DNA from: Eledone cirrhosa
Lineage: Eukaryota
Direction: 5' to 3'
Assembly: GCA_964016885.1 (NCBI GenBank)
Contig: OZ024747.1
Span: forward strand, 55,180,001 to 55,244,000
DNA length: 64,000 nt
Under the pieces are notes generated by a model. That model made no database searches and had not been told where the DNA came from. It saw only the letters and a program-made list of their open reading frames with translations. The first letter of the stretch is position 1, and the number at the start of each line of letters is the position of its first letter. Below are positions 1 to 14,204 of this stretch, one piece after another. A program made the translations under genes and the position numbers.

Positions 1-31
1 TATGTATGTGTGTATATAAATATAAATATAA

Positions 32-90
<59 letters not shown>

Positions 91-159
91 TATGTATACA
101 TCAAATGTATGTGTGTGTGTGCGTTTGTGTGTATGCTCGTATAAACACGTATATGTGTA

Positions 160-219
<60 letters not shown>

Positions 220-1069
220 CATACTCATTTATATATATACATGTATGTATATATGATATAGAAAACACTAAATAAATTGATGGTCATCTCTATGCGGAAT
301 TATGTCATCAGTGAGAATTGAAAGCTCAGCCGCTTTCCTCTGATCTATTCTGAATGTTGTCAAATTACCGACCAGCCTTTGAGGTCGGCCTATGCTATAA
401 TTTAAATTGATTCTATCAATTTGTTGCAGAGAAAGTTTGGAGTGCGGCTTAATGTGCTTATATATTTGACTAAAACATTTCACGAGACTCAACCATTTCT
501 GTGAGAAATTAATACTTTTGACGTTGTCCTGCTTGGCTATGTAGAACTCCTCCCATAAGGTGAAAATTGGCCGTGGATTTAGAGCGTCAGTTGAAGCGCC
601 TTGCCGTATGTATCTCGTCTCAGAGTGTTTTGTGTTCAAATTCCTCGCCGGTTAAATGTGCTTTTTTATCTTTCCTCGGTCACTAAATAAAGTACCAATC
701 CAGTATTTTGCATCAACTGATTCATTACATCCGATTGCTATGCTATGCTGAATATGTTCTCTGTCTCTTGGTTCTGTGTTCATATCTCACGTTGTGTCAG
801 CGGGAAAATAATGACTTCATTTGAAATGGTCTTCTATTTTTATAACTACCACAACTCGTAAGAGAGGCAATATCATAAGAAGTCGGCGAATCCTACATAG
901 ATGTGAGCCGTAATAACAATAGCAACATGATATTGGTATGTTTGTGACAAGTAAAATGTGTTCACTATCACAGACCTAAATAATATATAGAAATAAAGGA
1001 CAAATAAATAAATAAAACCGAGGATGCTCATAGTTAATTCTCCTACCCTAACGGAATGATGACTTTTAA

Positions 1070-1378
1070 TCTAAGCATTAGGCCTGCATCGATTATATCT
1101 ACCCAGTATTTTACAGTTACGTTAATCAATTTGACCCTGGAATAATGAATGGCAAAGTTGACCTCGGCAGGACTTGCACTCAGCACACAAAGAGCTGGAA
1201 CAAATGCCTCATATTATATTGTCCGATATGATAACGATTCTGCCAAAGTTCTGTCCTTAAATCTTTGAATGATGAAAGTGAACGTTGACCTCGTCATGAC
1301 ACCAGAATGTAAAGGATAGGAATAAATACCATAAAAGGTTTTATTCGATACTCTAACGATTGTCCCAATCCACCACCC
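1070..1378 (-). mobile_element. Two degenerate copies of the tRNA-derived SINE family
   Basis: Reverse-strand matches to the SINE body (ATGAATGGCAAAGTTGACCTCGGC; CTCTAACGATTGTCCCAATCCACC) compared with better copies at 21383-22430. Confidence 0.65.
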
Positions 1379-1759
1379 TCACACCAATCAAAGTAACAAC
1401 AAATTAAGCGATAATGTTTTAAAATATTGTATTTTCAAATACTATAGATTCAGACGGAACAACTGCTTCGAATAAATAGTGAAGCTCCCAGCTCAACATG
1501 TTGGTATGTAGGTCTTCACCCAATAGACATACTTCATATAATTTACATATTTTGAAATTCGACGTAGTCCACCAAGTCATAGATCTACATAATCATGTGC
1601 ACTAACGTAGCTGTGTTCCAATCTTTAATAATTGGAATACTGACACTGGTGTTGGTTATTACAGCAAAAAACATATTAGAAACGGTAGGGTAGTCTTTCA
1701 TGTACATATCCATTGTTAATCAATTCATCCAATCACATAAATAATTATATAAACTCCAA

Positions 1760-2800
1760 GGAGGAATTTATAGGGACAATGCCATTCTACTAGCTAAAAA
1801 CATAAATAAACAGAACCCAGAAAGTTTACGGAAGACCATTAGGGTCTTCTTTATTGGACTGGGCCTCAAAATTACATTCTAACCTAACTTTTAAAAAGCT
1901 AATTTCTTATATGTACCACTTAACTTAAACACGGGATCAATAGAACATTTTCATAAAAATAATGAAAACCTAGCGTACATTAACAATCAATCTAACTATC
2001 CTCTTTCCATAATCAAAGCAGTAGCACACATTATATACCTGAGAATATCCCGCCTATCTTCTATACTAAACATTATTAAGGAACATGCAGACTATTACAA
2101 CACCGCATTACACAAGGCAGGTCACAAAGAGGGGCTCGAATACATATATGACAATCATACACCTAGCGACAACTATGATGCCCGCCATAACAGGAATAAC
2201 AGATATAGGGCTAGACGTAAAATTAAACAACATAAACAAGGAAGACCCGAGCAAAATAAGAACATAGGAACTTCTAAAAACTCTAAAACATCTAGGAAAA
2301 AACAATATTTATGATATAAACCAGTTTTCAGTTATGCAATCAATACCAATCTACCCTTTATCATCTTTAATCTAATAGATAAACACTTCCCAAATCCACA
2401 TAAATAGCACAAAATATTCAATAGGAAAACTATTCAATTCTCATATTCTACCGCAGCAAATATAGAAACATACATAAAAAAAAGATTCAACTCAAAAATA
2501 ATCTCTACAAATATTGGTCCACATAGTACCAACACAACATCTAGTATCAAACACAACACTATAACGGCATCGCAACCAGCCAGTCGACAATATACGCCGC
2601 ACCAACACAACATCTAGTATCAAACACAACACTATAACGGCATCGCAACCAGCCAGTCGACAATATACGCCGCACCAACACAACATTAACAGACCAACAC
2701 CCCAGCCTAATTCAAGCCATGCACCACACAGGAAAGCCGCTAAATGTAATTTCCACCTACCACATTTAATACCCACTGCAGAACAAATGCTTTGATCCAA
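1760..2800 (+). mobile_element. Degenerate Penelope-like element: C-terminal RT, linker and start of the Cys-rich/GIY-YIG region (pseudogenised)
   Basis: Manual translation gives GGIYRDNAIL (YRDD-like), FLYVPLNLNTGS..HKNNENLAYINNQSNYPLSIIK, RISRLSS, DYYNTALHKAGH, NIL*YKPVFS, LIDKHFP..HKIFNRKTIQFSYS and a decayed KCN...PLQNKC. These are typical PLE motifs in the expected order, with stops and frameshifts. Confidence 0.85.
2528..2686. repeat. Perfect 73-bp tandem duplication inside the PLE linker
   Basis: ACCAACACAACAT starts at 2528, 2601 and 2674; the first two units are identical. Confidence 0.9.
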
Positions 2801-3279
2801 CATTTATAAATAGAGACACACAATTGCAGCGTGATTCCTGACGGATATCGTAGTGTGACTTGAGCTAAATGTGTACATGTGTATATGTTTCTGTTGGGGC
2901 GTGTCAACGTTTTAGTTTATGTCTGTATCTGTGTTTCTATTCCGCCATTTAGAGGCTCGACAAGAGAGTGACCAACACAATTTGTACCAGAGACGAAAGG
3001 AAATATTCTGTGGCCAAAATACACGAATACATCAAGCTAGTTCCCCTACATGCTTGCAGTGTAATGACTGAAACCAGGAAAATAATGAAACAATGCGTTG
3101 TTGAAATCGATCCCGTGATGCATCGGGTAGAATATATCAAGACAAAACTATAGCAACAACCTATTTAAATATATTAGTAGTGAAAATTCATCATATGAAC
3201 ACAGATTAACGTTCAATGGAAAATAACAGTAAAAAGGATTTATTTCTATATATCCACAGACACATATTCTCACGCATAC

Positions 3280-3400
<121 letters not shown>

Positions 3401-3417
3401 CGTGTGTTTTCTGTACG

Positions 3418-3458
<41 letters not shown>

Positions 3459-4086
3459 CTCTGTGTTTGTGTCTGTGTATGTACACACGCATTTGTAAGA
3501 CACATTTTACCAGCACACACATGTATACAGAGATACGCAGAAGTCCTATAACATTTTATCAATTCTTTTTCATAACTATCCGATATCATCACCATCAACT
3601 TCATCATCACCGTCATCACAATCAACATCACCATCATCATCACCATCGTCACCACAAATATTGACATCGCCATCATCATGGGTCTCACACCTACCACCAT
3701 TAACGCCATCATTGAAAACCACAACCAGCAGCAGCACCACTATAACCAACACAACTACAACCAACACTACTACTACCACAAACAACAACAAATCTCCACC
3801 AACGCCAACACCACCAGTCTACAATAACGAACTTTGTCGAATCAGTGGAAAAATGGCTGCGAGAAAGAGAAAAACAATCATGCGAGCTTAATGTGAAAGA
3901 ATGTAAAATATTGACAATGTTATAAGCAATAGGTGACCGCTGCTCTATAACAAATGGACACTGTCCACTGAAATATAGATTGAAAACCTCATGAATTGTG
4001 AAATTGTTTCTTCGTATTTCATCAAATTTCTTTTGTTTCAGCTTCCTTCCCATACATACACTCATGCACACACATATGCACACACA

Positions 4087-4147
<61 letters not shown>

Positions 4148-4217
4148 TGAACTATATAAATATGTATGTATACAAAAGCACACGCAGGCAAACACGGGCA
4201 TATATATACAGACACAA

Positions 4218-4329
<112 letters not shown>

Positions 4330-4430
4330 TCACATCCACGGAAGAGCCCAGTCATAAAATCTCATATCACTTAATATAAATATATATATATATATATGCA
4401 TGTATGTGTGAATGTATGTATTTATATACG

Positions 4431-4537
<107 letters not shown>

Positions 4538-4962
4538 TTAGACACACGCATGTACCACCTGACAGAAATATCCATACATTCGTTCATTGCGTTTCTGTTA
4601 TTTTTTATCTTGACTATATTTATATTCTAAGGTTATTGTTTGTGTTGTTGCTACTTTATTTATTTTGCTACAATTTGTTATATATTTATGTTATGTTTTT
4701 GATTCCTCCGTTATTTTTGATTATGTTTTATGGTAGGACTAAAAATGAGAAATGATATTTCATATTGAAATGAAATGAAAACACAAAAACAACAACGAAA
4801 ACACCAACAACAAATACAACGACAATAATCACAACTATATCTTCAGCAAAAATAAAAATGGATATAGTTTATAATAATAATAACAACAACAATAACAACA
4901 ACAACTACAACAACAATAATAATAAGAAGAAGACGAAGAAGAAGAAAAAGAAGAAGAAGAAT

Positions 4963-4990
4963 GATTTCATTTATTAGCCACAAGGGCCGA
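4963..4990 (-). mobile_element. 28-bp extreme 3' end of a related Tx1 element
   Basis: Minus strand TCGGCCCTTGTGGCTAATAAATGAAATC matches the termini at about 27080-27103 and 32501-32524; it is embedded in the same microsatellite as the full-length element. Confidence 0.65.
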
Positions 4991-5272
4991 ATAATAATAA
5001 TAAAAATAATAATAATGATAATGATTTCTTTATTAACCAGAAGAGTTTACATAAAGTAGACATTAAGGACAGTGCAGGACAATACAGGACGGTACAAATG
5101 GGCATTTCTGCGTGTAAAAAACAAAAACAGAGGATGTAACAAAAAATAACAATGAAAAATTCCCCAATAGGGGGGAGACTTCGGAGGGACATTTGTGGAG
5201 AAAGCCCAGTAAAAGGCCACAGTGACCCTGACCACCAAGGCAAATGCCCTCTCCCAGTTTTCCACCTTTAAT

Positions 5273-8200
5273 TTACAGATACGTATTCAGAGTAGGCCCG
5301 TTCACTCGGGCCATTCTTGCTTCTCTCACCCATCTTTCAACAAAATGCTGGGAAGAGAGCACTTCCCTCTCTACCCTGATTTTCCTTTTCAAATGAAATT
5401 TGAAAAAGTTAATCAGGGCATCACCGAAGAGGTAAGTGCTCGTCTTCAGCCCTTTCAAATGTGTCCACCATACTATCTCTTTCGCCATGGCCACCAGACA
5501 GATAAAAACTGCCTGCCCTTCCCGGCTAAAGGAAGAGGGCTGGGCAGTCATCACGATGGACTCAGATGATAGCCGGAACCGTCCTACACGCGACAGCAGG
5601 TGTTCGACATAAACCCACAAGTCAGCAATTTTCGGACACTAGACGAGTGCGTGCAGGACGGTTTCGTCGCCCTGCGCGCATCTCGGACATGCCCGGCTGA
5701 CGGCACCTCCATGCCTGTAGAGTTTATCCCGAACTGGCAAGGCTCCTCGGTAACACTGCCAGGCCAGAGATTTCTGGATGTTGTCCATAGTTCCCGGCCC
5801 GAAAGTTCTTCCGAAGAATTTGGCTAGTTGATTTTCGTCGACGCCTAGAGTTTCCCCAAGTACGTCGTTGCTCTTCCCCTCCACTAATCCTCTAGAGATC
5901 GCCGAGGTGGAGTTTCTACCGATCACATTGCCCGATTAGTCGAGGGCTGTGAGCGCCTGAAGACATTCCAGTCTCCAGGCGCTCCCTCTCGGTCTTCGCT
6001 TGACCCAGGACTGCAGCTCCGTCAAGGAAATGAGCTGGGGAAATACGTGCCTAGCAAACGGTGACCACACCTGATCACCGTCGAGGAAGAGGTGGAGATG
6101 TCGTAGCCTGAGCGCGTGTCTGCGCATCATCAGCCACGGCATGCCCAGCCCTCCACGTAGCGGGTGTTGACAGCAGATAGACCGCCTGACCATCGTTACG
6201 CGTCCCTTCCACAAAAAGCGAAAGAGCAGACGCTCCAGCGCAGTCAGGCGGGGCTTAGGATAAGGTCCGACGGTCAGGCGGTAGCAGATGACAGACGCGA
6301 TGTACGCTTTAGCCACCTCCGCTCGACCTTTCAGGGATAACTTCCTCTCCGCCCATTTCTGGGTGAGGGAAGCCACCCTGTTCGTCACCTCGTCCCAGAT
6401 TTTGTCCGTCTGGAGGTCCGGACCGAACCAGACCCCTAGCAATTTAACCGGTCCGTCCGTCCAGCGTCCGACGATGCTGTTGGACGGCATGGACCTGCCT
6501 CTCCAGGTGCCGAGCTGCAGGCCCACTGACTTTTCCTGGTTGATCATTGCTCCTGTCACCGCTTCGTATTCTCTTAGTGTAGTGCCGATCGCCTCGATGT
6601 GTTTGGCGTTCGACACCACTACGGTGACATCGTCCGCATATGCTGACACGGATCTTCCGCATCCTAGTTCGCGCGGGACGCTCCTCAACGTCTCCAGTTT
6701 GTGCAGTAATGGCTCAGAGTCAATACGTACAAGAGGGACGAGAGGGGACATCCTTGGAGGACCGAGCGCATGATGTTGAACGGTTCAGAAAGCTGACCGT
6801 TCACTCTCACCACAGAGCAGATGTCGCTGTGCATGGCAGCGATCCAGCCTCTGAAGACGGGCCCAAAGCCAGCCGCCCTCAGGACTGCCGCTAGGTAACG
6901 ATGATCGACCCTATCGAAAGCTTTCAACTGATCTAAGTTGATGAAGGACCCACCCGTGCCAGGTTCCCTAGCTACCCTCTCTACGATGTATCGCATGAGG
7001 TGGAGGTTGTCGTGGATGGATCTGTCGGGAATGGCGCATGTCTGCGCCTCTCCCACCAGACCACTAACTACAAGCGCCAACCTCTTTGCTAGCACCTTGG
7101 CCAAAATCTTGAACTCTGTGTTTAGCAGAGTTATGGGCCTGAAATTATCTATGTCATCCCCCTTGTTCGGATCCTTTCTCAGCAGTGCCACCGCTCCTCG
7201 GCTCACAGAGCTGGGAATTGTCCCGTTCTGTTGCCAGTTGCAGTAGACGTCCGCCAAGAGGCCTCCGAACAAGTCTGGCATCTGTACGTAAAGTTCATAT
7301 GGCAGACCATCCAAACCAGGCGATTTACCCCTTGTGCAGCCAGTCATTGCCTCCTGTACTTCAGCGGCTGTTATCGCCATTTCGCAACACTCCGCCTCAG
7401 TGGCCGAGAGCCGCGGCAGTCCGTCGAGGTAGACACTAAAGTCCATCCCTCGACCTGGCCCACCGCTGCCCCCGAACAGCTGAGCGAAGTGTCGCTGAAA
7501 AGCTTTACAAATTTGCCCGAGATCGAGTAGCATGCGCCCGTCGTGGTCCACCAAAGACCGGATCGTGGCTTTGTTGCCACGACGCGCCTCCGCCACTCTG
7601 GCCCAATGAACGGCTTTCGTCCCCTCGTGTCTGAGAGCACGCACCCTAGCTCTGACAACGCAGCCTTCGTGCTTTGCATTGAAGAATTGGTCAAGGGCCA
7701 ATTTCGCCGCAAGCACGTCGGTCGCGATGCCTTTGCTAAGCGCCTCGTCTAATTTTCTAACTAGTTCTCCCTCTGCTCTATTTTTCTCTATTGCTAAAGA
7801 CTTACTAAACCTAATGGATTCTATTCTAATCGCTCTTTTCAGAGCAAACCACCACTTGTTGTTGACGATGGCCCCCGTCAACGCCCGCTTAACTAGTTCG
7901 CTAATCCGGTCTCTGTAGGCCTTGCGCGCTGGTAAGGACGCGTTTAGCTTCCAGTAGCCTGGTCCTCGTCTATGAAGCCTATCTAAGTCAAGCACACAGA
8001 TCACGAATTTGTGATCCGTGTAGCTGACTATCTTGAATTGTGGACAGCCTATGCTAGTCCTATCTATTTCCCTACAAAATAATCTATCTAGATATGATCT
8101 GGATGACCCTATGCGATTTGTCCAATTCCACATTGGCACATTCGGGAAATCCAATCGGTACCTTCAGACATTTCAAAACGCCTGAGCAGGTTGGTGAGGC

Positions 8201-8695
8201 TCTTGCACCCTCCACCCCTATCCGCTAATCCCACACAGTCCCAGCATGCATCTAAGATCCCGTTCCAGTCGCCCACTAACACTAAAGAGCGGGACGTTCC
8301 AAGAAAGGTCTCCAGACGCCGGAAGAAATCAGGCCGCCTTGTTCCTGTCGGGGCATAGACGGCCACTAGCCTGAAAGCTTGCCCGTCTCCGCTTGTCACG
8401 TCCAGCACCACCAACTTACCCTCTGGGTCCAGGAAGATGGCCCGTATGGCGAGATCCAAACCTCTCCGAAAAAGCACAGCAACTCCCCCCCCCCCCCCGA
8501 TCCCGGACGGCTGGGATATGCGTACACATCGTAGCCGCCTAAGATCGGTGCGAAGGCCCGTGCTTCGAAGATTCTGGTCTCGCTGATGGCCACTACATCT
8601 ATGTTTAGTGACCTGAGGGCGTTGAGCAGGTGGCCCTGCTTCCATGACGACCCCAAGCCACGCGCATTTATGCTGCCTATTCTGAGAGAGGTCAT
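5273..8695 (-). pseudogene. Tx1 ORF2: AP endonuclease, reverse transcriptase and C-terminal zinc finger, with several frameshifts
   Basis: APE: SINARGL, VAISETR, GGVAVLF, AVYAP, LVGDWN, YLDRLF, YTDH. Then GPGYWKLN. RT: KSPGLDGLPYE, NFRPITLLNTEFKILAKVLAKRL, LDQLKAFDRVDH, LQGCPLS, AYADDV, KLLGVWF. Then GGLGMP and the zinc finger LPVRDKL..CPRC..ETVLHAL. Confidence 0.95.
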
Positions 8696-8729
8696 GTTGA
8701 ATTGTAGTGGAAAAGATGGGAAAGACCAC

Positions 8730-10653
8730 TTACCTTACTTCTCGTAGAGGAAGGATGGTTTGTCCATCCTTTTCACTGCTTGTGGCCTCCTTCGGAAGGA
8801 TGTCCTTATAAATCCTCCTGGAGAGTGTTTGTCGGAAGTCTCCGATGTCTTTGGGAAATTTTTGTTTTAGTGTCGTGTACGTTTTCTGTGAGATGCGAGT
8901 GATTTGTATGTGTGGAGGTGGTGTGAACTTTTGGATTGGTGTGTAGTCTTTTTCTGTGATGCTGGTGTTGTGTTGCATGTAGTGTAATAATTGGTTGTTG
9001 TTCAAATTTAATGCTGTGTAGTGTGTATCATTTTGGTTGTTTTGTTTTGTTTGCGTTTGTTGTGGGTTTGTTTCTGTTTCGCTTTTTGGTGTTGGTGATG
9101 GTGGTGTTGGGGTTAATGATGGTGATGGTGTTGGTGTTTGGGGTGATGGGGTTGGTTATGCTGGTGTAGATGGTGGCATATCTGTCCTAACTTTTTTGTT
9201 TGATAATTTATTTGTTTCCCTCTGTATTTTGTTTTTGGAGGGGGAAGGAAGAGAATGTTTTTCTTTTTTGATTTCTTTTTTTCTTTTTTCCTGATACCGT
9301 TTCTCACTCCTCGTCGTCTCAATCTGTCTCCAGTTGTGATAAGCCGGGAGTGGAAAATCCTCCACAGGCGTTGGTTTTGGTTGTGGCGTGGTGGATGGTG
9401 TAGGCGCTGGTGCTAGTTCTGGCCCGTTGGGTGGTGGTGGTGTTGGTTTTGCTACTGTTGCTGGGGTTTTTGGTGTTACAGTTGCTTCTGTTGTTGCTGC
9501 TACAGTTGTTGCTGCTATTTCTGTTGCTGGTGGTGTTGATGGTTGAGTCACTGGGTTGGGTAAGAGAGGTGGCCTCAACCTTTTAGCCTGAGGGCAGAAA
9601 GCCCTTAGGTGGGTTCCTTCACCACAAACGACACACCTAGGTCTTCTGCCCTCGACGATTACGGTGAGGTGGCTGCCGTCAGTGAGGTCTATTACCCCTG
9701 GGATCTCCTCAATGCTTTTATGGTCCGTTTGGATCAGGAGCTCCATCCCAGATCCGGACCAGTTCTCCTGCTTTTCTTTCGCTATTTCGATTATCTTGGT
9801 GTTGGCTTCGATGCCGGCGAGGACGGCAACCATTAGCCAGGGAATTTCGATGGCCGGTGGAACGTGGGTCACCCTGATCTTCACAAGTATCTGGCCACAA
9901 TAGCTTGGGACGAGTGTGAAGTCGTCACTTCTTAATGGGGCCATGGAGTGTTCTCTGGCCTCCTGTGGTGTTTCAAAGAACACGTCCACGGTTCCATATT
10001 TCTGCCCACGTCTGATGTGGGTTTCTTTTGCCCACACATGTCCCAAAGCATTTTGGATTTGGGACTCGGATGCCCGTTCCACTCGGCGCGATTTTATGTT
10101 AATTGTCCGATAAGACACGGTGTATAGGCGACGTTGCTCCATTTTATTAGGTGGGGGTTGGGGGGGGAGGTGAAGCTGACCCTGTACCCATCTTTCTTTA
10201 CCATTCCTTTGGCTTCTTCTAATTCCTCCTGAGTTACCTGGATCGCTTCACACGGTTTTGCTACTCTGGCAAAACTCAGGGTAGTTTTCTTAATTTCATT
10301 GTTGCTGTTGTTATTATCGTTATTTTTGCTATTGTTAATTTTAGTTTCAATTGTGGTGGTGGTGGCATCAGTGGTGTTCGGTGTGGAAGAGTTCATTTGG
10401 TTGAATTCATTTCGATATCACGAGTTAATATATTTGTTTCTTTTGTTTCTGTTGTCGCTGTGGTGGTGGTGGGGTTGGCGGCTTTAACACCTGCAGTCAT
10501 TGGTAATGGCGGGAAATGAACGTCTGCCTGAGACAAATTAAAAATATTGCTACTACTTACATTTCCAGTGTTGGCAAACGTAGCAATATTTACAATGGTG
10601 GTGTCGGTGTGAGGTGTTAGATTGTGAGGAAGGAGTGATTCTGAGTCATCCAT
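8730..10653 (-). pseudogene. Tx1 ORF1 (gag-like), split into frameshifted pieces
   Basis: Track ORFs 10393-10653, 10094-10396, 9156-10142 and 8730-9005. Contains SFARVAK, an RRM-like GTVDVFF, the zinc knuckle CVVCGEGTHLRAFC (CX2CX4HX4C) and a Pro/Thr-rich then basic tail. One shift lies near a G-run at about 10152-10169. Confidence 0.8.
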
Positions 10654-10868
10654 GATTTTTCAAAGAAACATTTTTGTTTGATAATTATAAAAAGTTTAAA
10701 TTTTGGGCTCAAGGCTCCAACATTTTTTAGTGTCCTTTTCAGAAAACAACGTATGTGCACTTATATACAGTTAACAATGAAAATTTTCCATAAATGGCAA
10801 TTTTAAACAACTGAAAATAACAAACCTTTGCGGAGCTCACGATAATACGATTTACTACGTAGGTCGCC

Positions 10869-10894
10869 AATAATAATAATAAGAAGAATAAGAA

Positions 10895-10925
<31 letters not shown>

Positions 10926-11003
10926 AAGAAGAAGAAGAAGAAGAAGAAGAAGAAGAAGAAGAAGAAGAAGAAGAAGAAGGAGATGAAGAAAACAAGAAGA
11001 ATA
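10869..11003. repeat. (AAT)n/(AAG)n microsatellite flanking the Tx1 5' end
   Basis: Direct reading of the sequence. Confidence 0.95.
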
Positions 11004-11315
11004 AGGCTTTTAATGTTAATAACAGAATGATAACGTGTATGATGATAATAACAAAAATGTATTTAATGTTAATAATTAGGGCTTCACTTACGTGTGTGGG
11101 TGGATGGTTAGAAAGCCTAATATATCAAGTAATTGACTGTTACTTTAATTTCTCGACCCTGGAAGAAATGAAAGCCAATGATATAAACCCACAACATAAA
11201 GTGTAGGGCCAAATCCCACAACGCAATAATGATATTGCTAACAATTTAATAATAATATAGTTAATAATTAACTTTTGCTTTACAACGGTTCTATATAACA
11301 AAATATATTATAATT

Positions 11316-11497
11316 GTTTCAACTTTTGGCACAAGGCCAGCAATGATCCCAGTGTATTACTGGTACTTTTTTTATCGACCCCGTAAGGATGAAAGGCAAA
11401 GTTAACCTGGGCGGGATTTGAACTCAGATCATAAAAGGCCGTAACTCTTTGTTGCAAAGCATGGCGTCAGATCCTGTACCGATACTGCCAATCTACC
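11316..11497 (-). mobile_element. tRNA-derived SINE, short variant
   Basis: Reverse complement of the family consensus, including the B box and the GCCTTTCATCCTTACGGGGTCGATAAAA core. Confidence 0.85.
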
Positions 11498-11754
11498 TAT
11501 TATAATGACAGCAACAACTATAAGACAACCAACTACAAGATCTGGTGTGTGTATGTGTGTGATATAGTATATATATATATATATATAAATACATAATCGG
11601 AGAAAGCTAATAGCGATACTCCGGCCAAATTCCAACTCACTCAACAAACATTAGGAAATACCTGAGTATATTCCTAATTAAACGTTCGGGGTGCTAACTA
11701 ATTGTATCGTGTGGAAAATTGGCTGTATCATTTCATATGAGATATATCTCAACT

Positions 11755-13136
11755 GAAACAACAATAACAGCAACAGCAGCAACAACAAGAGCAACAGAAG
11801 CAACAATAACAGCAACAGCAACAACAGAAACAACAATAACAGCAACAGCAGCAACAACAAGAGCAACAGAAGCAACAATAACAGCAACAGCAGCAACAGA
11901 AACAACAATAACAGCAACAGCAGCAACAACAAGAGCAACAGAAGCAACAATAACAGCAACAGCAGCAACAACAAGATCAACAGAAGCAACACTAGCAGCA
12001 ACAGCAGCAACAGAAGCAAGAATAACAACAGCAATAACAAAAGCAAGAATAACAGCCACAGCAGCAACAGAAACAACAATAACAACAACGGCTGTAACAG
12101 AAACAACAATAACAGCAACAGCAGCAACAGCAAGAGCAACAGAAACAACAATAACAGCAACAGCAACAACAAGAGCAACAGAAACAACAATAACAACAAC
12201 GGCAGCAACAGAAACAACAATAACAGCAACAGCAGCAACAGAAGCAACAATAACAGCAACAGCAGCAACAACAAGATCAACAGAAGCAACAATAGCAGCA
12301 ACAGCAGCAACAGAAGCAAGAATAACAACAGCAATAACAAAAGCAAGAATAACAGCCACAGCAGCAACAGAAACAACAATAACAACAACGGCTGTAACAG
12401 AAACAACAATAGCAGCAACAGCAGCAACAGCAAGAGCAACAGAAACAACAATAACAGCAACAGCAACAACAACAAGAGCAACAGAAACAACAATAGCAAC
12501 AACGGCAGCAACAGAAACAACAATAACAGCAACAGCAGCAACAGAAACAACAATAACAGCAACAGCAACAACAACAAGAACAACAGAAGCAATAATAGCA
12601 GCAACAGCAGCAACAGAAGCAACAATAGCAGCAACAGCAGCAACAGAAGCAAGAATAACAACAACGGCAGCAACAGAAACAACAACAACAACAACAACAA
12701 CGGCTGTAACAGAAACAACAATAGCAGCAGCAGCAGCAACAGCAAGAGCAACAGAAACAACAATAACAGCAACAGCAACAACAACAAGAACAACAGAAAC
12801 AATAATAACAGCAACAGCAGCAACAGAAACAATAATAACAGCAACAGCAGCAACAGAAGCAAGAATAACAACAACGGCAGCAACAGAAACAACAACAACA
12901 ACAACAACAACGGCTGTAACAGAAACAACAATAGCAGCAGCAGCAGCAACAGCAAGAGCAACAGAAACAACAATAACAGCAACAGCAACAACAACAAGAA
13001 CAACAGAAACAATAATAACAACAACGGCAGCAACAGAAACAACAATAACAGCAACAGCAGCAACAGAAGCAACAATAGCAGCAACAGCAGCAAGAGAAGC
13101 AAGAATAACAACAACAGCAGCAACAGCAGCAACAAC
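11755..13136. repeat. Compound (ACA/GCA/GAA/ATA) trinucleotide minisatellite with higher-order block duplications
   Basis: Triplet-phased degenerate repeat. Diagnostic words recur with fixed spacing, e.g. ACAAGATCAACAG about 300 bp apart and ACGGCTGTAACAG several times. Confidence 0.9.
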
Positions 13137-14204
13137 CATAATATCATCATGAGCAGCAGCACCAACAATATCAATAAGGGTACAACAACAACAACATCTA
13201 TATCGACACTAGTATAAAGATCAACAACAACAACGAAAGCACTAGGAACGATATAAATGCAAAAATATGAGCAGAGAAAATATTAAACCAACAATAAAAC
13301 CAAGTATCAGAGGTGACTTTAGCAACAATAAAAACAACAACAAATGACAACACCCAAAATACAAATAATATTGGTTTCTGATTTAGGTATAAAGCCAACA
13401 ATCGGGGTAGCTGAGCGATTAAATGAACCTCACTGCGTTACTATTATTATTTCGATCCCGTTAGGATGAGAGGCAAAGCTAATCACGGTAGGATTTGAAC
13501 TCAGATCATAAAAGCCATAACTCTATAATATAAAGCATGTTGCCCGATGTTCTACTGTACGGCCAAACCACTTGAAAGTAACAGTAACTCAAGTATATGA
13601 GGATGGCTGGTTGGCAGAATAGATAGACTGCAGGACAAACTGCTATGCAGTATATTATTTATTCTATATGTTTTGGTTTCAAATCCCACTAGTTTCAAAT
13701 CTGCCTTCATTCTGCCAAACAACGATAAAATAAGATACCAGTCACGTACATAACTCGTTTCAGCCAACTTTGCCCCTGGCCTCAGACTTGTAATCTTTGC
13801 ACCAACATTCGAAATCGCTTTAGACACGAAGCCAGCAATTTGTGTGAGAGTGCAAAGTCGACTGAATCGGCCCCAGTATTGGACTGGTCCTTTATTTTAT
13901 CGACCAAGAATAGTAAAATACTGCAACCATCTACACCCAAGTATTTAATGAAAGGAAGATTCGTAACTTTCAGTAGCGTCTGTTCCACTAACTAAGTTGT
14001 TTTCCTGTAGCACAAAAGAGCGAAAACAAATGCATAAGAATCTTTGCTAATAGCTCTTTTTTCTGATCGGAAGAAGAGCGTTAGCAACTTTAGAGAGAGA
14101 AAGACATCACAAACATTTTGATAAAAACGAGATGACAGCAAAGAGAACAATAAGGATAGTTTTTATCTGACTGCTGTCTAATAAATAATTGTCTATATAG
14201 ATAA

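Larger units (their letters stand above)
5023..10868 (-). mobile_element. Near full-length Tx1/L1-clade non-LTR retrotransposon (about 5.85 kb)
   Basis: ORF1 with CCHC knuckle, ORF2 with APE-RT-Cys-rich domains, 3' UTR ending AATAAAGAAATC followed by (ATT)n. The 5' end GGCGACCTACGTAG directly abuts an (ATT)/(CTT)n tract. Confidence 0.95.

Noticed and set aside
268-639. 123-aa minus-strand ORF in non-repetitive sequence
   Set aside because: Non-ATG start and no recognisable domain.
11678-13174. Mucin-like Thr/Ala-rich 477-aa ORF
   Set aside because: Lies wholly within an ACA/GCA microsatellite; nearly all codons end in A, with no signal peptide or flanking exon evidence. Not strictly excluded without RNA data.
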